Below are positions 20,359-27,889 of a DNA stretch of 64,000 nt, one piece after another. The number at the start of each line of letters is the position of its first letter. Positions within the stretch are counted from its first letter, which is position 1. The notes beneath the pieces are model-generated. The model was not told the DNA's origin. It searched no databases and worked only from the letters and a program-made list of their open reading frames with translations. The position numbers and the translations under genes were made by a program. This stretch comes from Eubacteriales bacterium. GTDB taxonomy: Bacteria; Bacillota; Clostridia; Oscillospirales; JAAYXM01. Where the stretch lies: NCBI GenBank assembly GCA_045595365.1, contig JAZOAI010000011.1, positions 12,706-76,705 on the forward strand, in the 5' to 3' direction.

Positions 20359-20691
20359 CTAAATTTGTGCAACTGATACGTCGCGCATCGTTATGTTAAT
20401 CAGCTTGCATATACCTGCCGCAAAAAAGACCTTGTATGCCTGCTTTGAAACATTTATCACAGAGAAAGCTCCCCCTAAAGCAGTCGCTTTTTTGTAAGCA
20501 CCTATTACAAGTGCGATTCCTGAGCTATCCATAAAGCTTATTCCCGAAAAGTCAAGGGTAAGGGAAAGCGGAAGCTCAACATCAATGATTCTTGAAATTT
20601 CAGGTATTGCACATCTTGCGGAGTGGTGGTCAAGCTCTCCGCTAAGAAGAATCAGAAGCTCTCCGCCTGTGCGTTTTGAAGTGATCTCCAT
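20359..20691 (-). CDS. spoIIAA: Anti-anti-sigma F factor (STAS domain, SpoIIAA)
   Basis: 110 aa STAS protein containing the DFSGISFMDSSGIALVIG phosphorylation-site region. Confidence 0.9.
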   Translation of the reverse strand: MEITSKRTGGELLILLSGELDHHSARCAIPEISRIIDVELPLSLTLDFSGISFMDSSGIALVIGAYKKATALGGAFSVINVSKQAYKVFFAAGICKLINITMRDVSVAQI

Positions 20692-20839
20692 TGTGTTTTT
20701 TCCTTTCTTTTGTTATAATAACTTTATAATACACATTGTAATGCGCGAGAAATGTAAAAAAAGAGGGAGAAAAAATAATTTTAGGTATTCCATTATAGGA
20801 TAGTTTATTGTATAATAGGACAAAGAGGAGGGAAGACCA

Positions 20840-21370
20840 GTGAATATTTGGCATGATATTTCAAAAGAAAGAATAACTACAAACGACTTTATGGCAGTTA
20901 TCGAAATTGAACGGGGGAGCAAGAAAAAATATGAGCTAGACAAGGAAACGGGAATCCTCGCGCTTGACCGCGTTTTATACACATCTACTCACTATCCCGC
21001 AAACTACGGCTTTATCCCGCGTACATATGCCGAGGATGATGACCCCTTAGATGTTCTTGTTCTTTGCAGCGAGCCGATTGAACCTATGGTGCTCGTCAGA
21101 TGTTTTCCGATTGGCGTCATCACTATGGTTGACAACAGCAGAAACGATGAAAAAATTATTGCAATCCCTTTTGGAGACCCGATGTATAGCGGTTACAATG
21201 ACATTTCAGTGCTTCCGCAGCACATTTTCAATGAGATGAAACACTTTTTCTCGGTTTATAAAGCGCTTGAGGGAATGGAAACGGCTGTTCAGCGCGTAGA
21301 GGGCAAACAAAAGGCACTTGATATAATTGCAGCTTCAATAAAGAGATATGAAGAGATGTTCGGCGAATAG
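20840..21370 (+). CDS. ppa: Family I inorganic pyrophosphatase
   Basis: 176 aa with a GTG start: IEIERGSKKKYELDKETG...YPANYGFIP.T...DDDPLDVLVL. Confidence 0.93.
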   Translation: MNIWHDISKERITTNDFMAVIEIERGSKKKYELDKETGILALDRVLYTSTHYPANYGFIPRTYAEDDDPLDVLVLCSEPIEPMVLVRCFPIGVITMVDNSRNDEKIIAIPFGDPMYSGYNDISVLPQHIFNEMKHFFSVYKALEGMETAVQRVEGKQKALDIIAASIKRYEEMFGE

Positions 21371-21390
21371 GTCCGAACATCTCTTTTTTC
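21351..21390 (+). terminator. Intrinsic terminator of ppa (5' arm overlaps the stop codon region)
   Basis: AAGAGATGTTCGG-9 nt-CCGAACATCTCTT followed by TTTTTC. Confidence 0.75.
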
Positions 21391-21453
21391 TCTTGAAAAA
21401 AGTGGCAAAACATTATAAAATATAGGTGCTACTTTTTTATAGGAGGATTGAAT

Positions 21454-21915
21454 ATGGCTTGGCTTTTTGAGCTTTTTAAAAATCCGTTTTTAATAATCGG
21501 AGTTCTTTCGTGGTTTCTTGCTCAGGTTATAAAGCTGATAATTCATGCGATTATTTACAAAAAGTTTGACCTCATGCGCCTTTTTGGTGACGGCGGGATG
21601 CCGAGCGGGCATTCTGCGACAGTGGCATCGCTTGCAACCGTAGCCGCTCTCCATTTTGGAGTCGGAGGCTTTGAATTTGCAATTTCCGCAATTCTCGCTC
21701 TCATCGTGTGCCATGATGCTATGGGAGTCCGCCTTGAAACGGGAAAGCAGGCTGCAATCTTAAACGAAATTGTCGAATCCTTTAACGTTTTTTCAACAGC
21801 GAAGCTTCCCGAGGTAAAGCTCAAGGAGTTTGTCGGCCACACGCCTATCCAGGTTATCTCAGGTGTATTAATCGGTATCTTGAATGCAATTTTCTTATAT
21901 TGGATTTTCTTTTAA
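21454..21915 (+). CDS. Divergent PAP2 / DUF212 (YuiD-like) membrane protein
   Basis: GGMPSGHSATVASLA...HDAMGVR. AGGAGG lies 7 nt before ATG 21454. Confidence 0.8.
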   Translation: MAWLFELFKNPFLIIGVLSWFLAQVIKLIIHAIIYKKFDLMRLFGDGGMPSGHSATVASLATVAALHFGVGGFEFAISAILALIVCHDAMGVRLETGKQAAILNEIVESFNVFSTAKLPEVKLKEFVGHTPIQVISGVLIGILNAIFLYWIFF

Positions 21916-21939
21916 AATACAAGAAATAATTGAAAGGAC

Positions 21940-24102
21940 ATGTGTCTTATGTCATACGCGGTAACAATAGCAAAGGAATTTGATGTAAAAGAAGAATATG
22001 TCTCAAATATCATCGCTCTTCTTGATGAGGGGAACACCATTCCGTTTATAGCGCGCTACCGTAAGGAGCAGCACGGAACGATGGACGACCAGCTCATCCG
22101 CACTATTGCGGATAAGCTTGAGTATCTCAGAAATCTCGATGCAAGAAGGGAAGAGGTCCGCGGGCTTATTGACGCCCAGGGCAACCTTACAGAAGAAATC
22201 TCAAAAGCACTTGATAATGCGCAGACTCTTGCAGAGATTGACGATATTTACAGGCCCTTCCGCCCGAAGAGGAAGACACGCGCGTCTGTCGCGAAGGAAA
22301 AAGGCCTTGAGCCACTTGCAAAAGAAATTCTTGAAAAACAAAACTCCTCTGAAGCGCCTGAGGTTCTTGCTGAGCCTTATGTTGATTCTGAAAAAGGCGT
22401 TGATGACGTTGCCGCGGCGCTTGCCGGCGCAAGCGACATAATTGCAGAAGATGTTTCAGATAACGCCGAGGTGAGAAAGAGGGTAAGAAACCTTACCAAA
22501 ATTCACGGCGTTGTGACAAGTGAAAAAACCAAAGAAGATGACGAGAGCAAGGTATATGAAACCTACTACGAGTTCTCTCAACCTGTCTCAAAAATGGTTG
22601 GGCATCGTGTTCTGGCTCTCAATCGTGGAGAGAAGGAAGGTATTTTAAGGGTTTCAATAGAACTTGATGCGGAAAGGCCGCTTAACTCAATTTATTCTCT
22701 TTATGTTGAAGGGGCTTCTGCGTGTTCTGCTATTGTGCGCGCGGCGTGTGAGGATGCATATTCAAGGCTTATTTATCCCTCAGTCGAGAGAGAGGTTCGT
22801 GCAGAGCTTACGGAGAGCGCGTGTGAAGATGCGATAAAGCTTTTCGGAACAAATCTTCGCCAGCTGCTTCTTGCGCCGCCCGTAAAAGGGAAGATTGCAA
22901 TAGGGCTTGACCCCGGCTACAGAACGGGGTGCAAGCTTGCGGTTGTTGATGAAACGGGAAAGGTGCTTGACACCGCCGTTATATACCCGACTCACGGCGA
23001 AGCTCAGGAGAAGCGCTCTGCAGATATTTTGAGAGACAAAATCTCTCGTTGGAAGGTTCAGATTATTGCAATCGGAAACGGAACCGCTTCAAAGGAGACA
23101 GAGCTTTTCTGTGCTAAAACTATCAAGACCCTTGATGAAAAAGTATCGTATATGGTTGTTTCGGAAGCGGGAGCATCGGTGTATTCCGCATCAAAGCTTG
23201 CTGCAGAAGAGATGCCGGATTTTGACCTTACACTGCGCTCTGCGGTCTCTATTGCGCGCAGGCTTCAGGACCCGCTCGCGGAGCTTGTCAAAATTGAGCC
23301 TCGTGCGATTGGTGTCGGGCAGTATCAACACGATATGCCGCAAAAACGCTTGGGTGAGGCGCTTGACGGGGTTGTTGAGGATTGCGTAAATTCCGTAGGA
23401 GCAGATTTGAACACGGCTTCTGCGGCCCTTCTCGGCCATATTTCGGGCCTTGGCTCTGCTGTTTGTAAGAATATAGTTGCATACAGAGAAGAAAACGGAA
23501 GCTTTAAAAGCCGCGCAGAGCTCAAGAAAGTTCCGAAGCTCGGCGCTAAAGCCTTTGAACAATGTGCAGGTTTTCTTCGCGTTCCGGATGGTGACAACCC
23601 TCTTGACAATACAAGTGTTCACCCCGAATCATATAAAGCCGCAAAAGAGCTTATTTCCATTCTCGGTGTGGATATAAAAAATCTCGATAAAGAAGGGGAA
23701 CTTCTTTCGGAAAGAGCAAAAAATGAAGGAATCCCTGAGCTTGCCGAAAAGCTCGGGATAGGAGTCCCGACACTTTACGATATTTTAAAAGAGCTTGCAA
23801 AGCCCGGCCGTGACCCTCGCGGGGAGCTTCCGGAAGCTATGCTTCGTGAAGATGTTATGGATATGAAGGACTTGAAAGAGGGTATGGTTCTTCAGGGAAC
23901 GGTGCGAAATGTAATTGATTTCGGCGCCTTCGTCGATATAGGAGTCCATCAGGACGGGCTAGTTCACATTTCCCAGATAAGCAACAGATTCATCAAGCAT
24001 CCGTCTGAAGCGCTGAAGGTCGGGGACATTGTCTCAGTTAAAGTTCTCGGCGTTGATCTTGACAAAAAACGTATAAGTCTTACAATGAAAGATGTGAAAT
24101 AA
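21940..24102 (+). CDS. tex: Tex-like transcription accessory protein with C-terminal S1 domain
   Basis: 720 aa with ...TIPFIARYRKE..., YqgF/RuvC-like and HhH regions, and a terminal S1 domain (GTVRNVIDFGAFVDIG...GLVHISQ). The start could instead be 21949. Confidence 0.9.
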   Translation: MCLMSYAVTIAKEFDVKEEYVSNIIALLDEGNTIPFIARYRKEQHGTMDDQLIRTIADKLEYLRNLDARREEVRGLIDAQGNLTEEISKALDNAQTLAEIDDIYRPFRPKRKTRASVAKEKGLEPLAKEILEKQNSSEAPEVLAEPYVDSEKGVDDVAAALAGASDIIAEDVSDNAEVRKRVRNLTKIHGVVTSEKTKEDDESKVYETYYEFSQPVSKMVGHRVLALNRGEKEGILRVSIELDAERPLNSIYSLYVEGASACSAIVRAACEDAYSRLIYPSVEREVRAELTESACEDAIKLFGTNLRQLLLAPPVKGKIAIGLDPGYRTGCKLAVVDETGKVLDTAVIYPTHGEAQEKRSADILRDKISRWKVQIIAIGNGTASKETELFCAKTIKTLDEKVSYMVVSEAGASVYSASKLAAEEMPDFDLTLRSAVSIARRLQDPLAELVKIEPRAIGVGQYQHDMPQKRLGEALDGVVEDCVNSVGADLNTASAALLGHISGLGSAVCKNIVAYREENGSFKSRAELKKVPKLGAKAFEQCAGFLRVPDGDNPLDNTSVHPESYKAAKELISILGVDIKNLDKEGELLSERAKNEGIPELAEKLGIGVPTLYDILKELAKPGRDPRGELPEAMLREDVMDMKDLKEGMVLQGTVRNVIDFGAFVDIGVHQDGLVHISQISNRFIKHPSEALKVGDIVSVKVLGVDLDKKRISLTMKDVK

Positions 24103-24119
24103 GAAAGGAGAAACAAATT

Positions 24120-24347
24120 ATGCCGTATATTGCTATAAAAGGATACCCGAAGGACGATGAAACAAAAAAGAGAATCGCAGAGAAGGTGAATGAAGCTTTC
24201 CTCGAAATATGGGGCTGCCCGCAAGAGGCAATTTCTCTTTCGGTTGAAGAGATTTCACCGGATGATTGGGAAGAAAAAGTAGTCAAATGCGAAATTGAGC
24301 CGAATAAAGAAAAAATGCTGATTTTTTCAGGGCAGAAGAAGTATTAA
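24120..24347 (+). CDS. 4-oxalocrotonate-tautomerase-family small protein
   Basis: 75 aa starting M-PYIAIKGY (Pro1 after Met removal). Size and pattern match the tautomerase superfamily. Confidence 0.6.
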   Translation: MPYIAIKGYPKDDETKKRIAEKVNEAFLEIWGCPQEAISLSVEEISPDDWEEKVVKCEIEPNKEKMLIFSGQKKY

Positions 24348-24413
24348 AACCATAAAAAATGTCGAAATAACAAAAAAGGCTTCCCATCGAGGAGAAGCCT
24401 TAAAACACAAAAA

Positions 24414-24436
24414 TTTTTGTCCCTAACTTGACACGA
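24414..24436 (+). repeat. Intergenic repeat module A, copy 1 (TTTTTGTCCCTAACTTGACACGA)
   Basis: Similar copies occur at 24931-24952 and 26065-26088. The last two start 2-12 nt after the stop codons of the flanked genes. Confidence 0.8.
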
Positions 24437-24476
24437 GCATATTAAGACTGTCGAAATTTGTTGAAAGGTGATTGGA

Positions 24477-24929
24477 ATGAAAAAAATACTTTTTGGTGGT
24501 CTAATTGCATTGGTAAGTTTTGTCGTTATATGTTTGATGTTAATATTAGGACTTAGGGTATTGTTTCGAGATAACTCCTTGTCTAAAGAAGAAATATTCG
24601 ATGTAGTTAATAGCAAATACGAGATAATTATGAGCGACATACAAAAAAGAAAATTTAAAGAGACGGAAAAAATCAATGGGATAGTAAGAGTTGAGGATAA
24701 CAATGGTGTAATCGACTTTGCATGTGAAGGAAAGGGAAATGTTGTATCTGGAGCTTATTACGGATTTTATTATACAGAGGATGATTTGCCTAAAGTATCT
24801 TTTTTACATGTATTATTTACAGAAAAAGATTTAATTCAAAAGGATAATGGTTATTGTTTTGATAAATACGATTATTATAACACAGAAAAAATAAGAGATA
24901 AATTTTACTATTATGAATTACATTACTAA
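24477..24929 (+). CDS. Hypothetical membrane-anchored protein (N-terminal TM helix, Tyr/Asp-rich ectodomain)
   Basis: MKKILFGGLIALVSFVVICLMLILGL is followed by a soluble domain. No family was recognised. The gene is AT-rich, with codon usage unlike its neighbours. Confidence 0.55.
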   Translation: MKKILFGGLIALVSFVVICLMLILGLRVLFRDNSLSKEEIFDVVNSKYEIIMSDIQKRKFKETEKINGIVRVEDNNGVIDFACEGKGNVVSGAYYGFYYTEDDLPKVSFLHVLFTEKDLIQKDNGYCFDKYDYYNTEKIRDKFYYYELHY

Positions 24930-24930
24930 T

Positions 24931-24952
24931 TTTTTGTCCTAACTTAATATAA
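24931..24952 (+). repeat. Intergenic repeat module A, copy 2
   Basis: TTTTTGTCCTAACTTAATATAA; see copy 1. Confidence 0.8.
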
Positions 24953-24965
24953 ACTTCTATTCAAA

Positions 24966-24997
24966 AACATTGGCATCTAGATTATACAGTCTTTATA
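24966..24997 (+). repeat. Intergenic repeat module B, copy 1 (contains a promoter-like TTGGCA-17-TTATAT)
   Basis: AACATTGGCATCTAGATTATACAGTCTTTATA matches 26102-26133 at 31 of 32 positions. Confidence 0.85.
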
Positions 24998-25033
24998 TAA
25001 GGATTGTCGAAATTTGTTGAAAAGAGGTATAAT

Positions 25034-26053
25034 ATGAAAATTATAAAAAAGGTGTGGGGAATTATTCCCGGATTAGCAATATCAATTTTGATTACAGTAG
25101 TGGCAAAAACAATTGAAAGCCGTCTACCAATACATATTGTGGGAGCATCGGTTATTGCACTATTTATAGGAATGATAATTAATCATTTTTGGAGGCCGGA
25201 TTTCTTGAAAGCAGGAATCAAGTTTGCATCAAAGAAAGTTTTGAAATTTGCTATTATTCTCCTTGGCGCTTCTCTCAGTGTTGAGGTGATTCTTTCCGTG
25301 GGTAAATTATCATTGATGGTAATGGTTTTCACTCTTTTGACTTGTTTTGGCGGAGGTTTCTTTATAGGTAAGGCTTTGAAGTTAAATTGGAAGCTATCAA
25401 ATCTGATTTCAGCAGGAACCGGTATCTGTGGAGGTTCTGCCATTGCGGCTATTGCCCCTGTTATTGATGCAAAAGATTCTGATATTGCTTATGCAATGTC
25501 AGCAACTTTTTTGTTTGATATGGCAATGATTATATTGTTTCCTATAATGGGCAGAGCTTTGGGACTAAGCGATATGGCTTACGGATTATGGGCAGGTACG
25601 GCAGTAAATGATACATCAAGCGTGGTTGCTGCAGGGTATGCTTTTAGCGAAGGTGCAGGAGATTTCGCTACTATGGTTAAACTGACAAGAACACTTAGTA
25701 TAATCCCGACAGTTTTGGTGTTTTCTTTTGTAAGTTTGAGGTTAAAACGAAAAGAAATATCTGATGCTTCATATCAGAAAGTTAATATTTTAAGGCTGTT
25801 TCCATGGTTTATTTTGGGATTTTTGGCTTTGGCAGCAGTAAACAGTATGGGAATGATACCGGCAAATGTTTCATCAGTTGCTAAAGATATAAGTAAATTT
25901 TTGATGGTTACTGCACTTGCGGCAATAGGATTAAACACAAGCTTTAAGGATATGAAAAAGTCCGGAATAAATCCAATGATTCACGGATTTATAATATCAG
26001 CACTTGTAGTCATTGTTGCCATTTGTGTTGAGTGGTGTATGGGATTAGTGTAA
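25034..26053 (+). CDS. YeiH/UPF0324-family membrane protein (putative sulfate-exporter family)
   Basis: About 339 aa polytopic protein (...ISAGTGICGGSAIAA...AGTAVNDTSSVVAA...). AAGAGG lies before ATG 25034. The track start at 25004 is a TTG inside repeat C. Confidence 0.75.
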   Translation: MKIIKKVWGIIPGLAISILITVVAKTIESRLPIHIVGASVIALFIGMIINHFWRPDFLKAGIKFASKKVLKFAIILLGASLSVEVILSVGKLSLMVMVFTLLTCFGGGFFIGKALKLNWKLSNLISAGTGICGGSAIAAIAPVIDAKDSDIAYAMSATFLFDMAMIILFPIMGRALGLSDMAYGLWAGTAVNDTSSVVAAGYAFSEGAGDFATMVKLTRTLSIIPTVLVFSFVSLRLKRKEISDASYQKVNILRLFPWFILGFLALAAVNSMGMIPANVSSVAKDISKFLMVTALAAIGLNTSFKDMKKSGINPMIHGFIISALVVIVAICVEWCMGLV

Positions 26054-26064
26054 TTTAAGAATGA

Positions 26065-26088
26065 TTTTTTATTCCTAACTTAACACGA
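26065..26088 (+). repeat. Intergenic repeat module A, copy 3
   Basis: TTTTTTATTCCTAACTTAACACGA; see copy 1. Confidence 0.8.
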
Positions 26089-26101
26089 ACGTGCCTCTAA
26101 T

Positions 26102-26133
26102 AACATTGGCATCTAAATTATACAGTCTTTATA
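26102..26133 (+). repeat. Intergenic repeat module B, copy 2
   Basis: AACATTGGCATCTAAATTATACAGTCTTTATA. Confidence 0.85.
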
Positions 26134-26158
26134 AACTTTGATATACAAGGGACAAAAT

Positions 26159-26208
26159 GTAGGGGCGATTTTTAAATCGCCCGCGGGGCATTCGTGAATG
26201 CCCCCTAC
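26159..26208. repeat. GC-rich double-hairpin palindromic (REP-like) element
   Basis: In GTAGGGGCGATTTTTAAATCGCCCGCGGGGCATTCGTGAATGCCCCCTAC, hairpins GGCGATTT/AAATCGCC and GGGGCATTC/GAATGCCCC are bracketed by GTAGGGG/CCCCTAC. Confidence 0.7.
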
Positions 26209-26249
26209 AAATCAGGAAAACATTAAATAAACAAAAGGAGTTTTGAAAA

Positions 26250-27617
26250 ATGAAAAGAGAAAGATTTTCTTCGCGTCTCGGCTTTATCCTGATTTCAGCA
26301 GGGTGTGCCATTGGCTTGGGAAATGTGTACCGTTTCCCGATTTTGACAGGTGCTTACGGCGGAGCACTGTTTGTTTTGATTTATATCGGCTTTCTTCTTT
26401 TGCTCGGCCTTCCCGTTATGACGATGGAGCTTTCGGTCGGCCGTGCCAGTCAAAGGAGTATAGCATCGTCGTTTGACCAGCTGGAAAAACCGGGCCAGAA
26501 ATGGCATTTGATCAAGTATCTCGGCATCGCCGGAAACTACATTCTTATGATGTTCTATACTACGATTTCGGCGTGGATGATAATATATTTTTTCAAATAT
26601 GCAAGCGGTTCAATCCTGCAGTATGGCACTGCTGAAGAACTCGGTAATGTGTTTGGTGGAGTTGTAAGCAATTCCGGGTCGCTTCTTGCTTTCAATGCAG
26701 TTGTTATTCTGGTTTGTTTTGGTGTTTGTTCTTTGGGACTTCAGAATGGTGTCGAAAAAATCACCAAGGTAATGATGCTTGCGCTCTTTGCCCTTATGAT
26801 TATACTCGCAGTATATTCATGCACACTTTCAAATGCAGCAGAAGGTCTTAAATTCTACCTTATACCTAATGCGAACAGCATAAAGGAGCATGGTTTCTGG
26901 AAGGTTGTAACCGCCGCTATGGGGCAGGCGTTCTTTACACTCAGCATAGGTATAGGTTCTATTGCTGTTTTCGGAAGCTATATAGATAAAGAACGCAGCC
27001 TGACAGGTGAAGCGCTTACAATTATGTCGCTTGACACGCTTGTTGCATTAATGTCAGGGCTTATTATATTCCCGGCATGCTTCACTTACAACAACGGCGT
27101 TACAGCAGATGCATCCACGGTAGGTGCAGGGTTCCTGTTTACAACCCTTTCGAGTATTTTCAACGCCATGCCGGGTGGCAGAATAATCGGCGCACTTTTC
27201 TTTGTCTTCATGATTTTTGCGGCATTTTCAACTGTTATAGCGGTTTTTGAAAACATCATTTCGTTCTGGCTTGAGCTTACGAAATTAAAAAGACGAACTG
27301 TTTCGATAATCAACATAGTTCTTATGCTTATATTGACCGTTCCGTGCATTTTGGGATTCACTGTGTGGAGCGATTTCCAGATCGGCGGAAAAGCAATTAT
27401 GGATATCGAAGATTTTACCGTTTCCAATATTATGTTGCCTGTTGGCAGCCTTGCCTATGTCTTGTTCTGCACGAGTCGCTATGGTTGGGGATGGGATAAA
27501 TACTTCGAAGAAGTTAACACGGGAAAGGGCCTTAAAATGGCAAAATGGTTAAGACCGTACTTGTCCTATGTGTTGCCGCTTATAATCTTGGCGATATTGA
27601 TTATTTCAGTATTATAG
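26250..27617 (+). CDS. Sodium-dependent transporter, SNF/NSS family
   Basis: 455 aa with FSSRLGFILISAGCAIGLGNVYRFP at the N-terminus, the hallmark NSS TM1 motif. Confidence 0.9.
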   Translation: MKRERFSSRLGFILISAGCAIGLGNVYRFPILTGAYGGALFVLIYIGFLLLLGLPVMTMELSVGRASQRSIASSFDQLEKPGQKWHLIKYLGIAGNYILMMFYTTISAWMIIYFFKYASGSILQYGTAEELGNVFGGVVSNSGSLLAFNAVVILVCFGVCSLGLQNGVEKITKVMMLALFALMIILAVYSCTLSNAAEGLKFYLIPNANSIKEHGFWKVVTAAMGQAFFTLSIGIGSIAVFGSYIDKERSLTGEALTIMSLDTLVALMSGLIIFPACFTYNNGVTADASTVGAGFLFTTLSSIFNAMPGGRIIGALFFVFMIFAAFSTVIAVFENIISFWLELTKLKRRTVSIINIVLMLILTVPCILGFTVWSDFQIGGKAIMDIEDFTVSNIMLPVGSLAYVLFCTSRYGWGWDKYFEEVNTGKGLKMAKWLRPYLSYVLPLIILAILIISVL

Positions 27618-27689
27618 TGTATTCGAGGTATACAGAAAAACCTTGTATCCATTATATAGAAGATGTCGAAAAAAGTCGAGAACAAAAAG

Positions 27690-27801
27690 TCTCCCTCGCA
27701 AAGCCCTCCTTGCCTAAAGGAGGTGGACCATCGTAGACGGTGGGAGGATTCTGGAGGGGGACCACCGAAGGAGGTGGAGGGATACAAAAGAGGGTTTTTT
27801 T
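27690..27801 (+). repeat. GC-rich multi-hairpin element with two AAGGAGGTGGA direct repeats
   Basis: Three hairpins are visible: CCTCCTT (27705-11)/AAGGAGG (27717-23), CCATCG/CGGTGG (27728-43) and CCACC/GGTGG (27762-77). The flanking pair TCCCTC...GAGGGA and a terminal T-run complete the element. Confidence 0.6.
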
Positions 27802-27889
27802 CAATTAAAAATTATCCTCGGCCTAAAAATATTTACAAATGTGCCAAAAGAGGAAAATGATAAAAGAATAAATACAGGAGATGTTTTTT

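Noticed and set aside
24376-24401. The hairpin AAGGCTTC-10 nt-GAAGCCTT after the tautomerase gene, considered as a terminator.
   Set aside because: It is followed by AAAACACAAAAA rather than a U-tract on the plus strand, so it is not a convincing intrinsic terminator. It may still be a weak or processing hairpin.
24344-24703. A 119-aa minus-strand ORF in the AT-rich insert.
   Set aside because: It overlaps the plus-strand membrane-protein gene and the repeat modules. Its hydrophobic, Leu/Ile/Ser-rich product is typical of AT-rich antisense frames.
24348-26140. The idea that modules A, B and C are integron attC sites (a cassette array).
   Set aside because: There is no integrase in the window, and I could not find the paired R''/R' (RYYYAAC ... 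GTTRRRY) imperfect palindrome structure. CCTAAC alone is too weak a match. The observation is kept only as a generic cassette-like repeat architecture.
27566-27860. ORFs of 65 aa (plus strand, 27663-27860) and 73 aa (minus strand, 27566-27787) spanning the GC-rich element.
   Set aside because: Their Gly/Pro/Arg-rich sequences derive from the palindromic repeat itself (..PPCLKEVDHRRRWEDSGGGPPKEV..). I regard them as repeat-derived pseudo-ORFs.
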